A stretch of 57,502 nucleotides of DNA from Candidatus Pullichristensenella excrementigallinarum (lineage in GTDB: Bacteria > Bacillota > Clostridia > Christensenellales > Aristaeellaceae): assembly GCA_018714825.1 (NCBI GenBank), contig DVMU01000205.1:1-57502 (forward strand). Direction: 5' to 3'. Below the pieces are notes generated by a model. It searched no databases and had not been told where the DNA came from. It saw only the letters and a list, made by a program, of their open reading frames with translations. Position 1 is the first letter of the stretch. Every line of letters begins with the position of its first letter. This document shows, piece by piece, positions 19,448 to 28,634 of the stretch. The translations under genes were made by a program, and so were the position numbers.

Positions 19448-21294
19448 CCCAGCGCCTCCAAGACCCGCGCGGCAATTCCAAGCGCGGACAATCCGCATTG
19501 CTCCAATTGCTCTTCCACGCGCATGTGCTCTACATATTCATCGGGCACGCCGAGATTCAGCACGCGCGCCTGCAATCCCTGCCGCGTCAACCAATCCAAA
19601 ACCCCTTCCCCGAATCCTCCGGAAAGCACGTTTTCCTCGACTGTCACGATCATGTTCGTCTCGCCTGCCACGCGCCGGAGAAGGCCTTCGTCCATGGGCT
19701 TGACAAAGCGCGCGTCCACCACGCCTGCCTGCACGCCCTTGCCCATCAATTCGATGGTCGCCTGCATGGCCATCTGCACCATCCGGCCCACCGCCAGGAA
19801 CATCACGTCTTTCCCGCTGCTCAAAAGCTCCCACTGACCCAAGCCGAACTCTCCGGAAAGCTGCATCCTCGCGCCCATATCCTCCAGCGCCTTGGAATAG
19901 CGAATCGCCATCGGGGCATCGATCTGCGCGCTCAGGCGCACCAGGCGCTTCAGATCGCGCGCGTCGCGCGGCGAAGCAATGATCATATTGGGGAGCATCC
20001 GCAGATAGCTCAGATCAAATACGCCCTGATGCGTCTTTCCATCTTCTCCGACCAATCCCGCGCGGTCAATCAGAAAGGTAACCGGCAGGGAATTCAGGCA
20101 CACATCCGAAGAGATCTGATCCACTGCCCGCTGCAAAAACGTCGAATAGATCGCCACATACGGCTTCATTCCGCTAAAGGCCATGCCCGCCGCCATGGTC
20201 ACCGCGTGTTCCTCCGCGATGCCCACATCAAAAAACCGATCCGGATGCGCTTTGCCGAAATCCACCATCCCTGTGCCGATAGGCATGGCGGCAGTCACGA
20301 CGCTGATGCGAATGTCGTTCTCCGCCAGCGCCAACAATTCCTTGCAGGCCAGCTTTCCTGCCGAAATCTCCTCCGCGGCGGTATTCTCTACATAATACAC
20401 CGGCGAGACTCCGTGGAACTGATCCGGATGGGACTCAGCCGGACGATATCCCTTTCCCTTGGTGGTGACCACATGCAGGATCAGGGGCTTGGTTTCTTCC
20501 TTGGCGCGCCTGAGCACGCGGATCAGGCGCTTTAAATCGTGTCCATCCACCGGGCCGAGATATCGAAAGCCCAAGGCGGTAAAGAACTTGCCATCCACCA
20601 ACGATGCCTTGAGCCAATCGCGCAACCTTTCCACAAAGCGGAACATCTTTACGCCGATATGTGGAATGGCCTCCAATCCCGAACGCACATGGCGCTTGAG
20701 CGCGCGGTATCCCTTGGACTGGCGCAGATCCGTGAGGTATTTCGCCATCGCGCCGACGTTTCTGGAGATGGACATCTCGTTGTCGTTGATGATCACGATC
20801 ATGCGCGTCCCGGATTGTCCCGCATCGTTGAGCGCCTCATAGCACATGCCGCCGGTCAGCGCCCCGTCGCCCACCACGGCCAGCACATGGTTCTTGCCGC
20901 CCATCACGTCGCGGGTACGCGCCATGCCCAGCGCCGCGGAAATGGCCGTGGAAGCGTGCCCGGCGGTAAAGCAATCGTACTCGCTTTCGGAAAACGCAGG
21001 AAACCCGCTCGTGCCCTCCTTGGCACGCAGCTTTTCAAACGCTTCCTGCCTTCCCGTGATGAGCTTGTGGCAATACGCCTGATGGCCCACATCGAAGACC
21101 AATTTGTCTTCCGGGCAGTCGAAGACATAGTGGATCGCCAGCGTCAATTCCACCGCTCCCAAATTGGAAGAGAGATGGCCCCCCTGTCGCGTCACGACCT
21201 CGATAATTTCCCGCCGAATCTCTTCGGAAAGCGCCTCCAATTCCGGAAGCGTCAGTTTTTTGAGATCCGCGGGACTGTGTATCTCCTTGAGCAT
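19444..21294 (-). CDS. dxs: 1-deoxy-D-xylulose-5-phosphate synthase
   Basis: 616 aa. Blocks are GGHLSSNLGAVELTLAIHYVF, the ThDP motif GDGALTGGM..NDN, and DVGIAEEHAV. Confidence 0.96.
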   Translation of the reverse strand: MLKEIHSPADLKKLTLPELEALSEEIRREIIEVVTRQGGHLSSNLGAVELTLAIHYVFDCPEDKLVFDVGHQAYCHKLITGRQEAFEKLRAKEGTSGFPAFSESEYDCFTAGHASTAISAALGMARTRDVMGGKNHVLAVVGDGALTGGMCYEALNDAGQSGTRMIVIINDNEMSISRNVGAMAKYLTDLRQSKGYRALKRHVRSGLEAIPHIGVKMFRFVERLRDWLKASLVDGKFFTALGFRYLGPVDGHDLKRLIRVLRRAKEETKPLILHVVTTKGKGYRPAESHPDQFHGVSPVYYVENTAAEEISAGKLACKELLALAENDIRISVVTAAMPIGTGMVDFGKAHPDRFFDVGIAEEHAVTMAAGMAFSGMKPYVAIYSTFLQRAVDQISSDVCLNSLPVTFLIDRAGLVGEDGKTHQGVFDLSYLRMLPNMIIASPRDARDLKRLVRLSAQIDAPMAIRYSKALEDMGARMQLSGEFGLGQWELLSSGKDVMFLAVGRMVQMAMQATIELMGKGVQAGVVDARFVKPMDEGLLRRVAGETNMIVTVEENVLSGGFGEGVLDWLTRQGLQARVLNLGVPDEYVEHMRVEEQLEQCGLSALGIAARVLEALG

Positions 21295-21306
21295 TCGTAT
21301 CGGCTC

Positions 21307-22197
21307 CTACTTCACGCGGTTTTCCATTTTACGGACCAGTTCGAGGAAGAATTCCGCCCTCTTTCCAAACCTTTCGAGGGCCGCTTCCGCCCGAGCGCGT
21401 TCCTCGCGCACGAGCGCACGGGTTCCTTCCACGCCGAACACGCTTATGCAGGTCAATTTCCCGCTCTGCGCGTCCTTCCCCAGCGTCTTTCCGACCTCCT
21501 TGGCCTCTCCGAGCACATCCAAAAGATCGTCGGTCGCCTGAAAGAGCATCCCGAACGCCCGGCCGTACTCCTCGAGCGCACGAAGCGTCTCCTCCGTCCC
21601 CTCGGCGAGCTTTCCGGCCGCGCGAAGGGGATAGAGGAACATGCACGCGGTTTTTCCGCGCTGCACTCGGAAAAGCGCGTCTTCCCGATCCGCGGGAGAT
21701 CCGTTCCGCTCATATTCCAGATCCAGGCTCTGGCCCGCCACCATGCCGCCCGCGCCGGCGCCCGTCGCAATCTCCGCGATGGCGCTCAGATACGCCTCCG
21801 CGCGCTCGGGCCGCTTTTTCCCCTGCGCCAGCATCGTCTCAAAGGCCAGGGACAGCAGGCCGTCCCCCGCGAGAATCGCCTGTCCTTCGCCAAAGACCAT
21901 GTGATTGGTGGGCCGTCCCCGGCGCAGGGTATCATTGTCCATGCCGGGAAGATCGTCGTGAATCAGGGAATAGGTGTGAATCATCTCGACCGCGCAGGCA
22001 AAGGGCATCGCCTCTTCCAGATCGCCCTCCAGCATTTCCACCGCCGCCAGCACCATCGACGGCCGCAGGCGCTTTCCCCCCGCAAGCAGGCTGTAGCGCA
22101 TGGCGTGATTGAGAATCAGGCCGCCCTCCTCCGCAGCGGGCAGATATTCCGGCAGGCGCTGTTCCACAAGGGAAGCGTATTCCGCCAATGTCCTCAT
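21307..22197 (-). CDS. ispA: polyprenyl (geranyl/farnesyl) diphosphate synthase
   Basis: First and second Asp-rich motifs LIHDDLPGMDND and FQATDDLLD, plus GGKRLRP. Confidence 0.92.
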   Translation of the reverse strand: MRTLAEYASLVEQRLPEYLPAAEEGGLILNHAMRYSLLAGGKRLRPSMVLAAVEMLEGDLEEAMPFACAVEMIHTYSLIHDDLPGMDNDTLRRGRPTNHMVFGEGQAILAGDGLLSLAFETMLAQGKKRPERAEAYLSAIAEIATGAGAGGMVAGQSLDLEYERNGSPADREDALFRVQRGKTACMFLYPLRAAGKLAEGTEETLRALEEYGRAFGMLFQATDDLLDVLGEAKEVGKTLGKDAQSGKLTCISVFGVEGTRALVREERARAEAALERFGKRAEFFLELVRKMENRVK

Positions 22198-22418
22198 TCC
22201 TGCCCCTCCCCGCGCATCGCGCGCTCTCCTTCCTCCGTGAGCACGCGAATCTTCGCGTCCCCTTCCTCCAGCATCTTTTTGAGCGCCTTTTCCAGATGAA
22301 TTCCTCTTTCAAAGGCCTGAAAGGACTCTTCCAGGGACATCTCTCCCGCCTCAAGCCCCCGCACGAGTCTCTCCAATTCCTCCATGCCCTGTTCAAATGT
22401 CATCTCGCCCATTTTCAA
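22194..22418 (-). CDS. xseB: exodeoxyribonuclease VII small subunit
   Basis: 74 aa. FEQGMEELERLVRGLEAGEMSLEESFQAFERG is the typical XseB helix-hairpin. It is coupled to xseA and ispA by overlaps. Confidence 0.9.
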   Translation of the reverse strand: MKMGEMTFEQGMEELERLVRGLEAGEMSLEESFQAFERGIHLEKALKKMLEEGDAKIRVLTEEGERAMRGEGQE

Positions 22419-23613
22419 GCTCCTTTACCTCTGCCGCAACGCTTCCGTCCGCCCATTGCACCCAGATCGCGTTTCCGGGACGGAGCAGCGCAGCGCCGGT
22501 CACGCATCTTCCCTCTCGGCGCACCACCGCGTATCCCCGCCGCAACACGCCCGTCGGATCCAGTGCTCTAAGCGCGCGATCCGCCAATTGCAATCGCCGT
22601 TCCCGCCGCTCTCGACCGCGTTCCATGGCAAGCGACATCCGGGATTGCAGTTCTCCCAGGCGTGCGGCGCGCGGTTCCAAAAGAATCCTTTCCGGCATCT
22701 TTTTCCACGGCCTTTGCCCAATCGCATCCAACCGCGCCAGGCGCAGCTGCTGCGCACGCCGGAGCGCGTATCCAAGCCGCCCGCCCAATTGCCGGACGGC
22801 CTCCCGCATTTCCGCAACCACCGGCACGGCCAATTCTGCCGCATTGGAAGGCGTCGCCGCGCGTACATCCGCGACAAAATCCGCAATGGTGAAGTCGATT
22901 TCGTGCCCCACGCAGGAAATCACCGGGATCGCCGACGCCGCGATTGCCCGCGCCACGATCTCCTCGTTAAACGGCCACAAATCCTCCAGCGACCCGCCGC
23001 CGCGACCGACGAGGATCACCTCGCTGCGGCCGTCGCGATTGAGATGCTCGATCGCGCGCACGATTTCCGCGGCAGCCGAAGCGCCCTGCACCGCGCACGG
23101 CGCGAGAACGATCTCAATGCGCGGGTTCCGGGCGCGCGCCACGCGCAGTATATCGCGGATGGCCGCGCCGTCCTCGGAAGTCGCCACGCCCAGCACCCGC
23201 GGAAACAGCGGGATGGGCTGCTTGCGCGCGGGATCAAACAACCCCTCCTGCGCAAGCTTTTTCTTGAGCGCCTCAAATCGCAGATACAATTCTCCCGCAC
23301 CCGAGAGCCGCATGGAATTGACATAGAGCTGATAGCTCCCGTCGCGCACATAGATCGACGCGCTCGCGCGCACCGTCACGCGCATCCCGTCTTCCGGGCG
23401 AAAGTCCAGCCCCTCCGCCTGGGTTCTGAGCATCACGCACGCCACGCGCGCGCCCTCGTCCTTGAGCGCGAAATAGCGATGCCCGCTGATATGGTGCTTG
23501 TAATTGGAAATCTCTCCCGTCACCTCAACCGTGCGCAACAGCGGATCTCCCGCCAGGCGCTTGCGCACATATTCGTTGAGCTCCGATACAGAGAGCGTCC
23601 ATCGATCATCCAT
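22393..23613 (-). CDS. xseA: exodeoxyribonuclease VII large subunit
   Basis: 406 aa. SVSELNEYVRKRL..VTGEISNYKHHISGHRYFALKD (OB fold), plus VILVGRGGGSLEDLWPFNEE. Confidence 0.94.
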   Translation of the reverse strand: MDDRWTLSVSELNEYVRKRLAGDPLLRTVEVTGEISNYKHHISGHRYFALKDEGARVACVMLRTQAEGLDFRPEDGMRVTVRASASIYVRDGSYQLYVNSMRLSGAGELYLRFEALKKKLAQEGLFDPARKQPIPLFPRVLGVATSEDGAAIRDILRVARARNPRIEIVLAPCAVQGASAAAEIVRAIEHLNRDGRSEVILVGRGGGSLEDLWPFNEEIVARAIAASAIPVISCVGHEIDFTIADFVADVRAATPSNAAELAVPVVAEMREAVRQLGGRLGYALRRAQQLRLARLDAIGQRPWKKMPERILLEPRAARLGELQSRMSLAMERGRERRERRLQLADRALRALDPTGVLRRGYAVVRREGRCVTGAALLRPGNAIWVQWADGSVAAEVKELENGRDDI

Positions 23614-24451
23614 GTTTTTCCGCGGCCAAAATCGCGTTTTGCATCAGCATCGCGATGGTCATCGGTCCCACGCCGCCGGGAACCGGGGTCAAATAGCCGG
23701 CGACCTCGTCCACGCTCTCAAAATCCACGTCTCCCACCACTTTGCCGTTCTCCAGGCGGTTCATGCCCACATCGATGACGCACGCGCCGGGTTTGACCAT
23801 CTCCCCCGTCACCATCTTCGCGCGCCCGACCGCGCAAACCAATATATCGGCCTTCCGGGTGATCTCGCCGAGATTGCGGGTGCGCGAATGGCAGATGGTG
23901 ACCGTCGCGTTCTCATTGAGCAGCAATTGCGCCATGGGTTTGCCCACGATGTTCGAACGTCCGACCACCACGGCCGTCTTGCCGCTCACCTCCACGCCCG
24001 CGCGATGGATCAGTTCCATGCATCCGGCAGGCGTACAGGGAAGCACGCTTGCCCTTCCCGTAAACAGGCGCCCGGCATTGACCACATGGAAGCCGTCTGC
24101 ATCCTTTTCCGGCGCGATCTCATCCAGCACCTTCAGGGAATCGATCTGCCGGGGCAACGGAAGCTGCACGAGCATCGCGTGCACGCTTCTGTCTTCATTC
24201 AGTTCGCGGATCTTCTCAATCAATTCCTGCTCGGTCACGCTTTCCGGAAGCAGGATTTCCAGGGATCGAATGCCAATTTCCTCGCACGCGCGCTTTTTGT
24301 TCCGCACATAGATCTTGCTTGCCGGATCGTCTCCGGCCAAAATCACCGCCAGGCACGGCTCGATTCCCCGGGCCTTGAGCGCCTCCACACGTCCCTTGAG
24401 TTCGCCGCGAATCTCCGCGGCAATCTTCTTGCCATCCATGCGAATCGCCAT
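23606..24451 (-). CDS. folD: bifunctional 5,10-methylene-THF dehydrogenase / methenyl-THF cyclohydrolase
   Basis: 281 aa. Blocks are LAVILAGDDPASKIYVRNK, VVVGRSNIVGKPMAQLL and TPVPGGVGPMTIAML. Confidence 0.95.
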   Translation of the reverse strand: MAIRMDGKKIAAEIRGELKGRVEALKARGIEPCLAVILAGDDPASKIYVRNKKRACEEIGIRSLEILLPESVTEQELIEKIRELNEDRSVHAMLVQLPLPRQIDSLKVLDEIAPEKDADGFHVVNAGRLFTGRASVLPCTPAGCMELIHRAGVEVSGKTAVVVGRSNIVGKPMAQLLLNENATVTICHSRTRNLGEITRKADILVCAVGRAKMVTGEMVKPGACVIDVGMNRLENGKVVGDVDFESVDEVAGYLTPVPGGVGPMTIAMLMQNAILAAEKHG

Positions 24452-24457
24452 TTGTCC

Positions 24458-25399
24458 TCAACTCCTTGCATGTTTTTCCCATCCGATCAGGGCAACCCCG
24501 CAGGCATTGTCCCCCGAATATTCGGGGCGTCCAAAATGCAGCCGCACCGGGCAACCCAACCGCCCCAGCCGTTCCGGCAGGCGTTCGCGCAAAAGCGCGG
24601 AAGAGGCGACCCCTCCGGAAATCAACGCCGAAGGAAGCCGCGTCCTTTCATAGCCCATGGAAATCATCCACGCCACCGCGCGCGTCAAATAGCTGTACAC
24701 CTCTGCGGCGACATTTTCCCGGGATTCTCCGCTTTCCAGCATCCGCATGGCCTGCGCCTCTGCGCCGGAAAAGGATATTTCATTTTTTTTATGCGAAAGG
24801 GGCATCCTGGATTGGGCCTGTCCCTCACGGGCGAGGCGTTCCAGCTCCGGCCCGGCCGGAAATTGCAGGCCCATGCGTACCCCCACGCGATCGACCAATT
24901 GCCCCGTGTGCAAATCGCTGGAGCCGCCCAACAGTTCGACCTTTTGCTCCCCGCTGACTCGAAGCACCTCCGTGGTTCCTCCGGAAAGATGCAGGGCCAG
25001 GAATTCCTTTTCCTGCAGCCCCGAATCCACCATGGCTGCGCGAATGTGCCCCTGCTGATGGCTTGTCTGATACAACGGCACTCCGAGCGCCGCGGCAATC
25101 GAACGCGCGAAGGAAAACCCGCTGACGAACACCGGCATGTACGAGCCTTCCACATCTCTGGGCCGGGAACTTGCGATCACGCCTGCGATCTGAATCTCCC
25201 CGACCCGCGCAAAAAGCGCCTCCAGGAGCTCCGGCAGGCGATGGATATGCTGAAACACGGCCTGTGACTGTTGCAGGCCGCGCTTTCCGAGTTCCACCTC
25301 CAGCAATCTGCGCTCGCTTGCGAGAATCCCCTCTTCGCCGGCAAGCGCACAGGACGTGGTGTAACAACTGGTATCCAATCCCAATACAGCGCGCATCAC
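24458..25399 (-). CDS. TsaD/Kae1/Gcp-like ASKHA-fold protein (short paralogue of the t6A transferase family)
   Basis: 313 aa. LGLDTSCYTTS (ASKHA phosphate-1-like), metal-site-like SHQQGH (HxxGH), LHLSGGTTE and ISGGVASS. It overlaps nusB by 4 nt and ends 7 nt before folD. Confidence 0.65.
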   Translation of the reverse strand: MMRAVLGLDTSCYTTSCALAGEEGILASERRLLEVELGKRGLQQSQAVFQHIHRLPELLEALFARVGEIQIAGVIASSRPRDVEGSYMPVFVSGFSFARSIAAALGVPLYQTSHQQGHIRAAMVDSGLQEKEFLALHLSGGTTEVLRVSGEQKVELLGGSSDLHTGQLVDRVGVRMGLQFPAGPELERLAREGQAQSRMPLSHKKNEISFSGAEAQAMRMLESGESRENVAAEVYSYLTRAVAWMISMGYERTRLPSALISGGVASSALLRERLPERLGRLGCPVRLHFGRPEYSGDNACGVALIGWEKHARS

Positions 25400-25794
25400 G
25401 CCTTTTCTCCTCGGGCGATCGTCCCAAGCACGCCGTTGATAAACGCGACAGATTTTTCTGTGGAATACTTGTCCGCAACCTCCAACGAGGCAGCGATCGT
25501 AGCCGCCGCGGGAAGTTTACAATACGCCAACTCATACACTGCCACCCGCAAAACGGCCAAATCCACCCGGTTGATGCGCTCGATGGACCAGCCGTGCGCG
25601 CAGCGCGCGATTTGCCGATCGATTCCCTCGATATTCCGGATCACGCCTTCGAACAACGCTTCCATGTAATCGGATTCTTCCTCGCCGGGCTGCACGCCCA
25701 GGAGGTCAAAACGCGTGTCCTCGCCGCCATTGCCGCCCATTTCCCATTCATAGACCAGCTTCATCGCCTGGGCGCGCGCCATGGTTCTGTTCAT
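25396..25794 (-). CDS. nusB: transcription antitermination factor NusB
   Basis: About 132 aa from ATG 25794. ARAQAMKLVYEWEMGG, with C-terminal AVLRVAVYEL and EVADKYSTEKSVAFINGVLG. Confidence 0.9.
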   Translation of the reverse strand: MNRTMARAQAMKLVYEWEMGGNGGEDTRFDLLGVQPGEEESDYMEALFEGVIRNIEGIDRQIARCAHGWSIERINRVDLAVLRVAVYELAYCKLPAAATIAASLEVADKYSTEKSVAFINGVLGTIARGEKA

Positions 25795-25985
25795 TGGTTT
25801 TGCTCCTTCACAGATCAATATGCTCGACGGAAACGGGATTCTCTCCGTTCCGAAACAGTTTCAACGGCCGCGGCACAGCAGAATTGCTTGCAGCCGCAGC
25901 CGCCCGTCGCGGGCCGCGATCTCCGCCGCGAACCTGCGATCTTTGGGATTTTCCTCGCTCCAGGAGCGCGCTTCTCCCGATCGTT

Positions 25986-26924
25986 TCAATTCTCCGATTG
26001 ATCCCGACGCGCCTCGTCCTCATCCTCCAAAGAAAACAGATCTTCGGAGAAATCCCCCTCTTCTTCCTGCGTCTGTTCACAGGGGACGTCTTCCGTCTCT
26101 ATCTCTTCCGCCGCTCCCTCTTGCGCAAACAGATCCGAATTTTCGATCTCGCTCGAACCATCTTCCTCCGCCTCCTCGGGGAAGGAAACCTCCTCTGCGG
26201 GAACGCTCTCCTCCGAAGGCTCAAACGCATCCGAATGCTCTTCTTCCGGTTCAACCGGCAGCGCGACTTCCGGGGCCGTCTCGATTGGCGCAGACGCATT
26301 CATCGGCGCGTCCGCCGTTTCCTGCGCAGCTTTTCGCTCCGTGCGGTTCCAGCGTGCAAAACGCTTTTTTTCCGGCGCCTGGGCATCGGCCATGGAATTG
26401 ACGGTGATCTCCACATCGCGCACGTCCACGCCGCACTTGTTTTCGATATGTTCGCGAATGGAACGCCGCATATTGAACGTGACCGTCGGCACATGCACGC
26501 CGCTGTCCAGCGAAAGATCGACGCCCACGACCACCGCGTCCTCATCCCCATCGATGCGGATCTTCATATCGCGCACGCCTTCGACCCTGCCGACCACTTG
26601 GCGCACCATCTGCGAAAGCACGCTGATCGCGACGCGCACGCGGCCGCCGTCATCGGAGTTGACCGTGATAAAGGAGCGATTGCGCCGTTTTTCGCGCGTT
26701 TGAAAAATCATCATGAGCATGAACACGCTCAGCAGCGCCAGGATCAGCACCAGGCCTCCGGCGATGATGAAACAGGCCGCGTTGCCCGCTCCCTGGCGCA
26801 GCTGGGCAAACGTGTCCCCAATCAGATCCAATCCAAACAGCCGGAGCGCCATGGCAAGGCACAGAAAAAGCACAATTAGCACATAGAGAAACATCAAAAC
26901 CCGATCCCAAAAACTGAGTTTCAC
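25986..26924 (-). CDS. AmaP-like membrane anchor protein (Asp23 partner) with a long acidic C-terminal tail
   Basis: Two N-terminal TM helices are followed by an Asp23-like core (VLSQMVRQVVGRVEGVRDMKIRI). About 130 aa of E/D-rich low complexity follow. The gene is directly downstream of asp23. Confidence 0.6.
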   Translation of the reverse strand: MKLSFWDRVLMFLYVLIVLFLCLAMALRLFGLDLIGDTFAQLRQGAGNAACFIIAGGLVLILALLSVFMLMMIFQTREKRRNRSFITVNSDDGGRVRVAISVLSQMVRQVVGRVEGVRDMKIRIDGDEDAVVVGVDLSLDSGVHVPTVTFNMRRSIREHIENKCGVDVRDVEITVNSMADAQAPEKKRFARWNRTERKAAQETADAPMNASAPIETAPEVALPVEPEEEHSDAFEPSEESVPAEEVSFPEEAEEDGSSEIENSDLFAQEGAAEEIETEDVPCEQTQEEEGDFSEDLFSLEDEDEARRDQSEN

Positions 26925-26950
26925 CCGTCTCCCTCCTTTGCGTTCCGGTC

Positions 26951-27589
26951 TTATTCCTTCGCGTCGTTTGTTTCCGGCTCCTCCATATCTTCCAATTCGA
27001 TTTCTTCTTCGTCCTCGTCCTCGTCTTCGTCCTCAAGATCCTCTTCGAGATTTTCCAAATCGTCCGCGTCGTCCTCCTGGAACGCCTCAGGCTCCTGGAC
27101 AGGCGGATTTTCCCGGACGGCCTCGGCCTGCGCTTTTTCCTGCTCCCGGCGCACAGACTCCTCGAGCATCTTCTTCTGCTGCTCCTTGAGTTCGGCAACC
27201 GCGCGGTTTTCGCGTTCAAAGCTCACGGCCTGCACATGCACATCGACATTCCGCACATCCAGCCCGCTCATGGTTTCAATGGCTTTTTTGACATTTTCCT
27301 GAATGCTCCTGGCCACATCCGGAACCGGAGAGCCGTATTCCACCACGATCGTCACATCCACGGCCACCATGTTGCCGTCAATGTCCACGCGCACGCCCTT
27401 GGTGAAATTGCGGCTGGATTTGCGCGAAAACATGTCCGCAAATCCGGTCGAAGCGCTGGCCATGCTGGCCACGCCTTCCACCTCCTGCGCGGCAAGGCCC
27501 GCGATGGTTTCCACAACGCCGGTGGCAAAGGATACGCTGCCGTCCGGATTTTCGTCGAGCTTCACGTCCGACGGGTAATTGTCGCTCAT
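26951..27589 (-). CDS. Asp23/Gls24 family envelope stress protein with an acidic C-terminal extension
   Basis: FATGVVETIAGLAAQEVEGVASM and VAVDVTIVVEYGSPVPDVARSIQENVKKAIETMSGL match Asp23. The tail is DDADDLENLEEDLEDEDEDEDEEEIELEDMEE. GGGAGG lies 8 nt before the ATG. Confidence 0.88.
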   Translation of the reverse strand: MSDNYPSDVKLDENPDGSVSFATGVVETIAGLAAQEVEGVASMASASTGFADMFSRKSSRNFTKGVRVDIDGNMVAVDVTIVVEYGSPVPDVARSIQENVKKAIETMSGLDVRNVDVHVQAVSFERENRAVAELKEQQKKMLEESVRREQEKAQAEAVRENPPVQEPEAFQEDDADDLENLEEDLEDEDEDEDEEEIELEDMEEPETNDAKE

Positions 27590-27704
27590 AGTGGTACCTC
27601 CCTTGCGCTCTATCGCTTGGCGGCGGCTTGCGCCGCGTTTTCCGCGAAATCCGCCCCGAGAACAATTTGCCCCTCTCGAAGGCCGGACTTCCTATCGTAC
27701 CGTT

Positions 27705-27733
27705 ATTATACCAGATAATCGCGCCGTTAGCAA
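27705..27733 (-). promoter_or_regulatory. sigma-A type promoter (extended -10) upstream of asp23
   Basis: Minus strand reads TTGCTA - 17 nt - (TGg)TATAAT. It sits just downstream of the spoIIIAH stop, leaving a ~110-nt leader. Confidence 0.6.
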
Positions 27734-27743
27734 ATACTTCTGT

Positions 27744-28259
27744 TTAATTTATTGGGATGAGCTTGACGTTTCCTCCGCTGACTCCGGTTTCGGCAAGCAC
27801 CAGATCGAGAATGACTGCGGTCTGTTGCTGGGTAATCGATTCGCAACGCACCAGCACGTTGACCGAATCCGTATGCACCGTCGCCAGCGCGTCTTCAAAG
27901 CCGCGCGAACGAAGCACGCCCTCAATCGTGACTTCCTTTTCCATCCAGTCTGTCAATTCGAGAAGCTGCCTTTGGGCCATCGCGCGGGTTTCCTCGTCGG
28001 TTTTTTCCCCATAGATGATATCGTTGAGCTGCGCCAGTTGCATCGCACGAAGCTGTTCGCGTTCCAGGCGAAACTGCTTCAGAGGATCTTCTTCCTCGGG
28101 GGCCTGCGTGGGATTCTGCGCGGCAGTCTCCACTGCGGGAGGCCTCTGCAATTCCGGCAGGGCGACCGCTGCCATTACCGCCATAAGGATTCCCGAACAC
28201 AGGACGAGCATCCAACGCCGAATTCTGCCTGTTTTTTCCGGCAACGCGTTTTTGTTCAT
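27744..28259 (-). CDS. spoIIIAH: stage III sporulation protein AH
   Basis: 171 aa from ATG 28259. N-terminal TM (RRWMLVLCSGILMAVMAAV), a Gln/Glu-rich linker, and a C-terminal YscJ/FliF-like domain (IEGVLRSRGFEDALATVHTDSVNVLV). ATGA overlap with spoIIIAG. The 288-aa ORF-track version is an out-of-context 5' extension. Confidence 0.82.
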   Translation of the reverse strand: MNKNALPEKTGRIRRWMLVLCSGILMAVMAAVALPELQRPPAVETAAQNPTQAPEEEDPLKQFRLEREQLRAMQLAQLNDIIYGEKTDEETRAMAQRQLLELTDWMEKEVTIEGVLRSRGFEDALATVHTDSVNVLVRCESITQQQTAVILDLVLAETGVSGGNVKLIPIN

Positions 28260-28627
28260 GTTCCTTCCTCCCCGCGCATCTGCACGACCTCGATTCTCGA
28301 AAGCTCCACATCCAAAAGCGCCTGAACCGCCTGCGCGATCTCCAGCCGCACGCGCATCTCCCCCGCGCCTTCGGCCACCACCAACACGCCGATGATCTCC
28401 TCCTCCCTCTGCGTGACCATGGTCCGCACCTTGCCCGCGCCGTCCACTGCCTCCAGGACGCGTTCCAAACGCGCCTCTAAATCCGTCTTCGCAACCGTTT
28501 CCTGCCCGGAAGTATCCGCGTTCGAAAGCAGGAAAAGCGCCGCCAATATAAGCGCCAGCGCCAGAACCAGCCATTCGATCCTGCGCGCGCCCTTCAACCG
28601 GTTGAGCCATTCTCTCCAGGCGGGCAT
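28256..28627 (-). CDS. spoIIIAG: stage III sporulation protein AG (short form)
   Basis: 123 aa. One TM (IEWLVLALALILAALFLL) precedes LEARLERVLEAVDGAGKVRTMV..IIGVLVVAEGAG..IAQAVQALLDVELSRIEVV, which matches the SpoIIIAG ring-building motif. Its operon position is between AF and AH. Confidence 0.8.
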   Translation of the reverse strand: MPAWREWLNRLKGARRIEWLVLALALILAALFLLSNADTSGQETVAKTDLEARLERVLEAVDGAGKVRTMVTQREEEIIGVLVVAEGAGEMRVRLEIAQAVQALLDVELSRIEVVQMRGEEGT

Positions 28628-28634
28628 TGACTGT

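Noticed and set aside
27744-28610. A 288-aa version of the spoIIIAH ORF with a Gly/Arg/Ala-rich N-terminal extension.
   Set aside because: The extension overlaps all of spoIIIAG in another frame and has shadow-ORF composition. ATG 28259, with an ATGA overlap to spoIIIAG, gives a normal TM-anchored SpoIIIAH.
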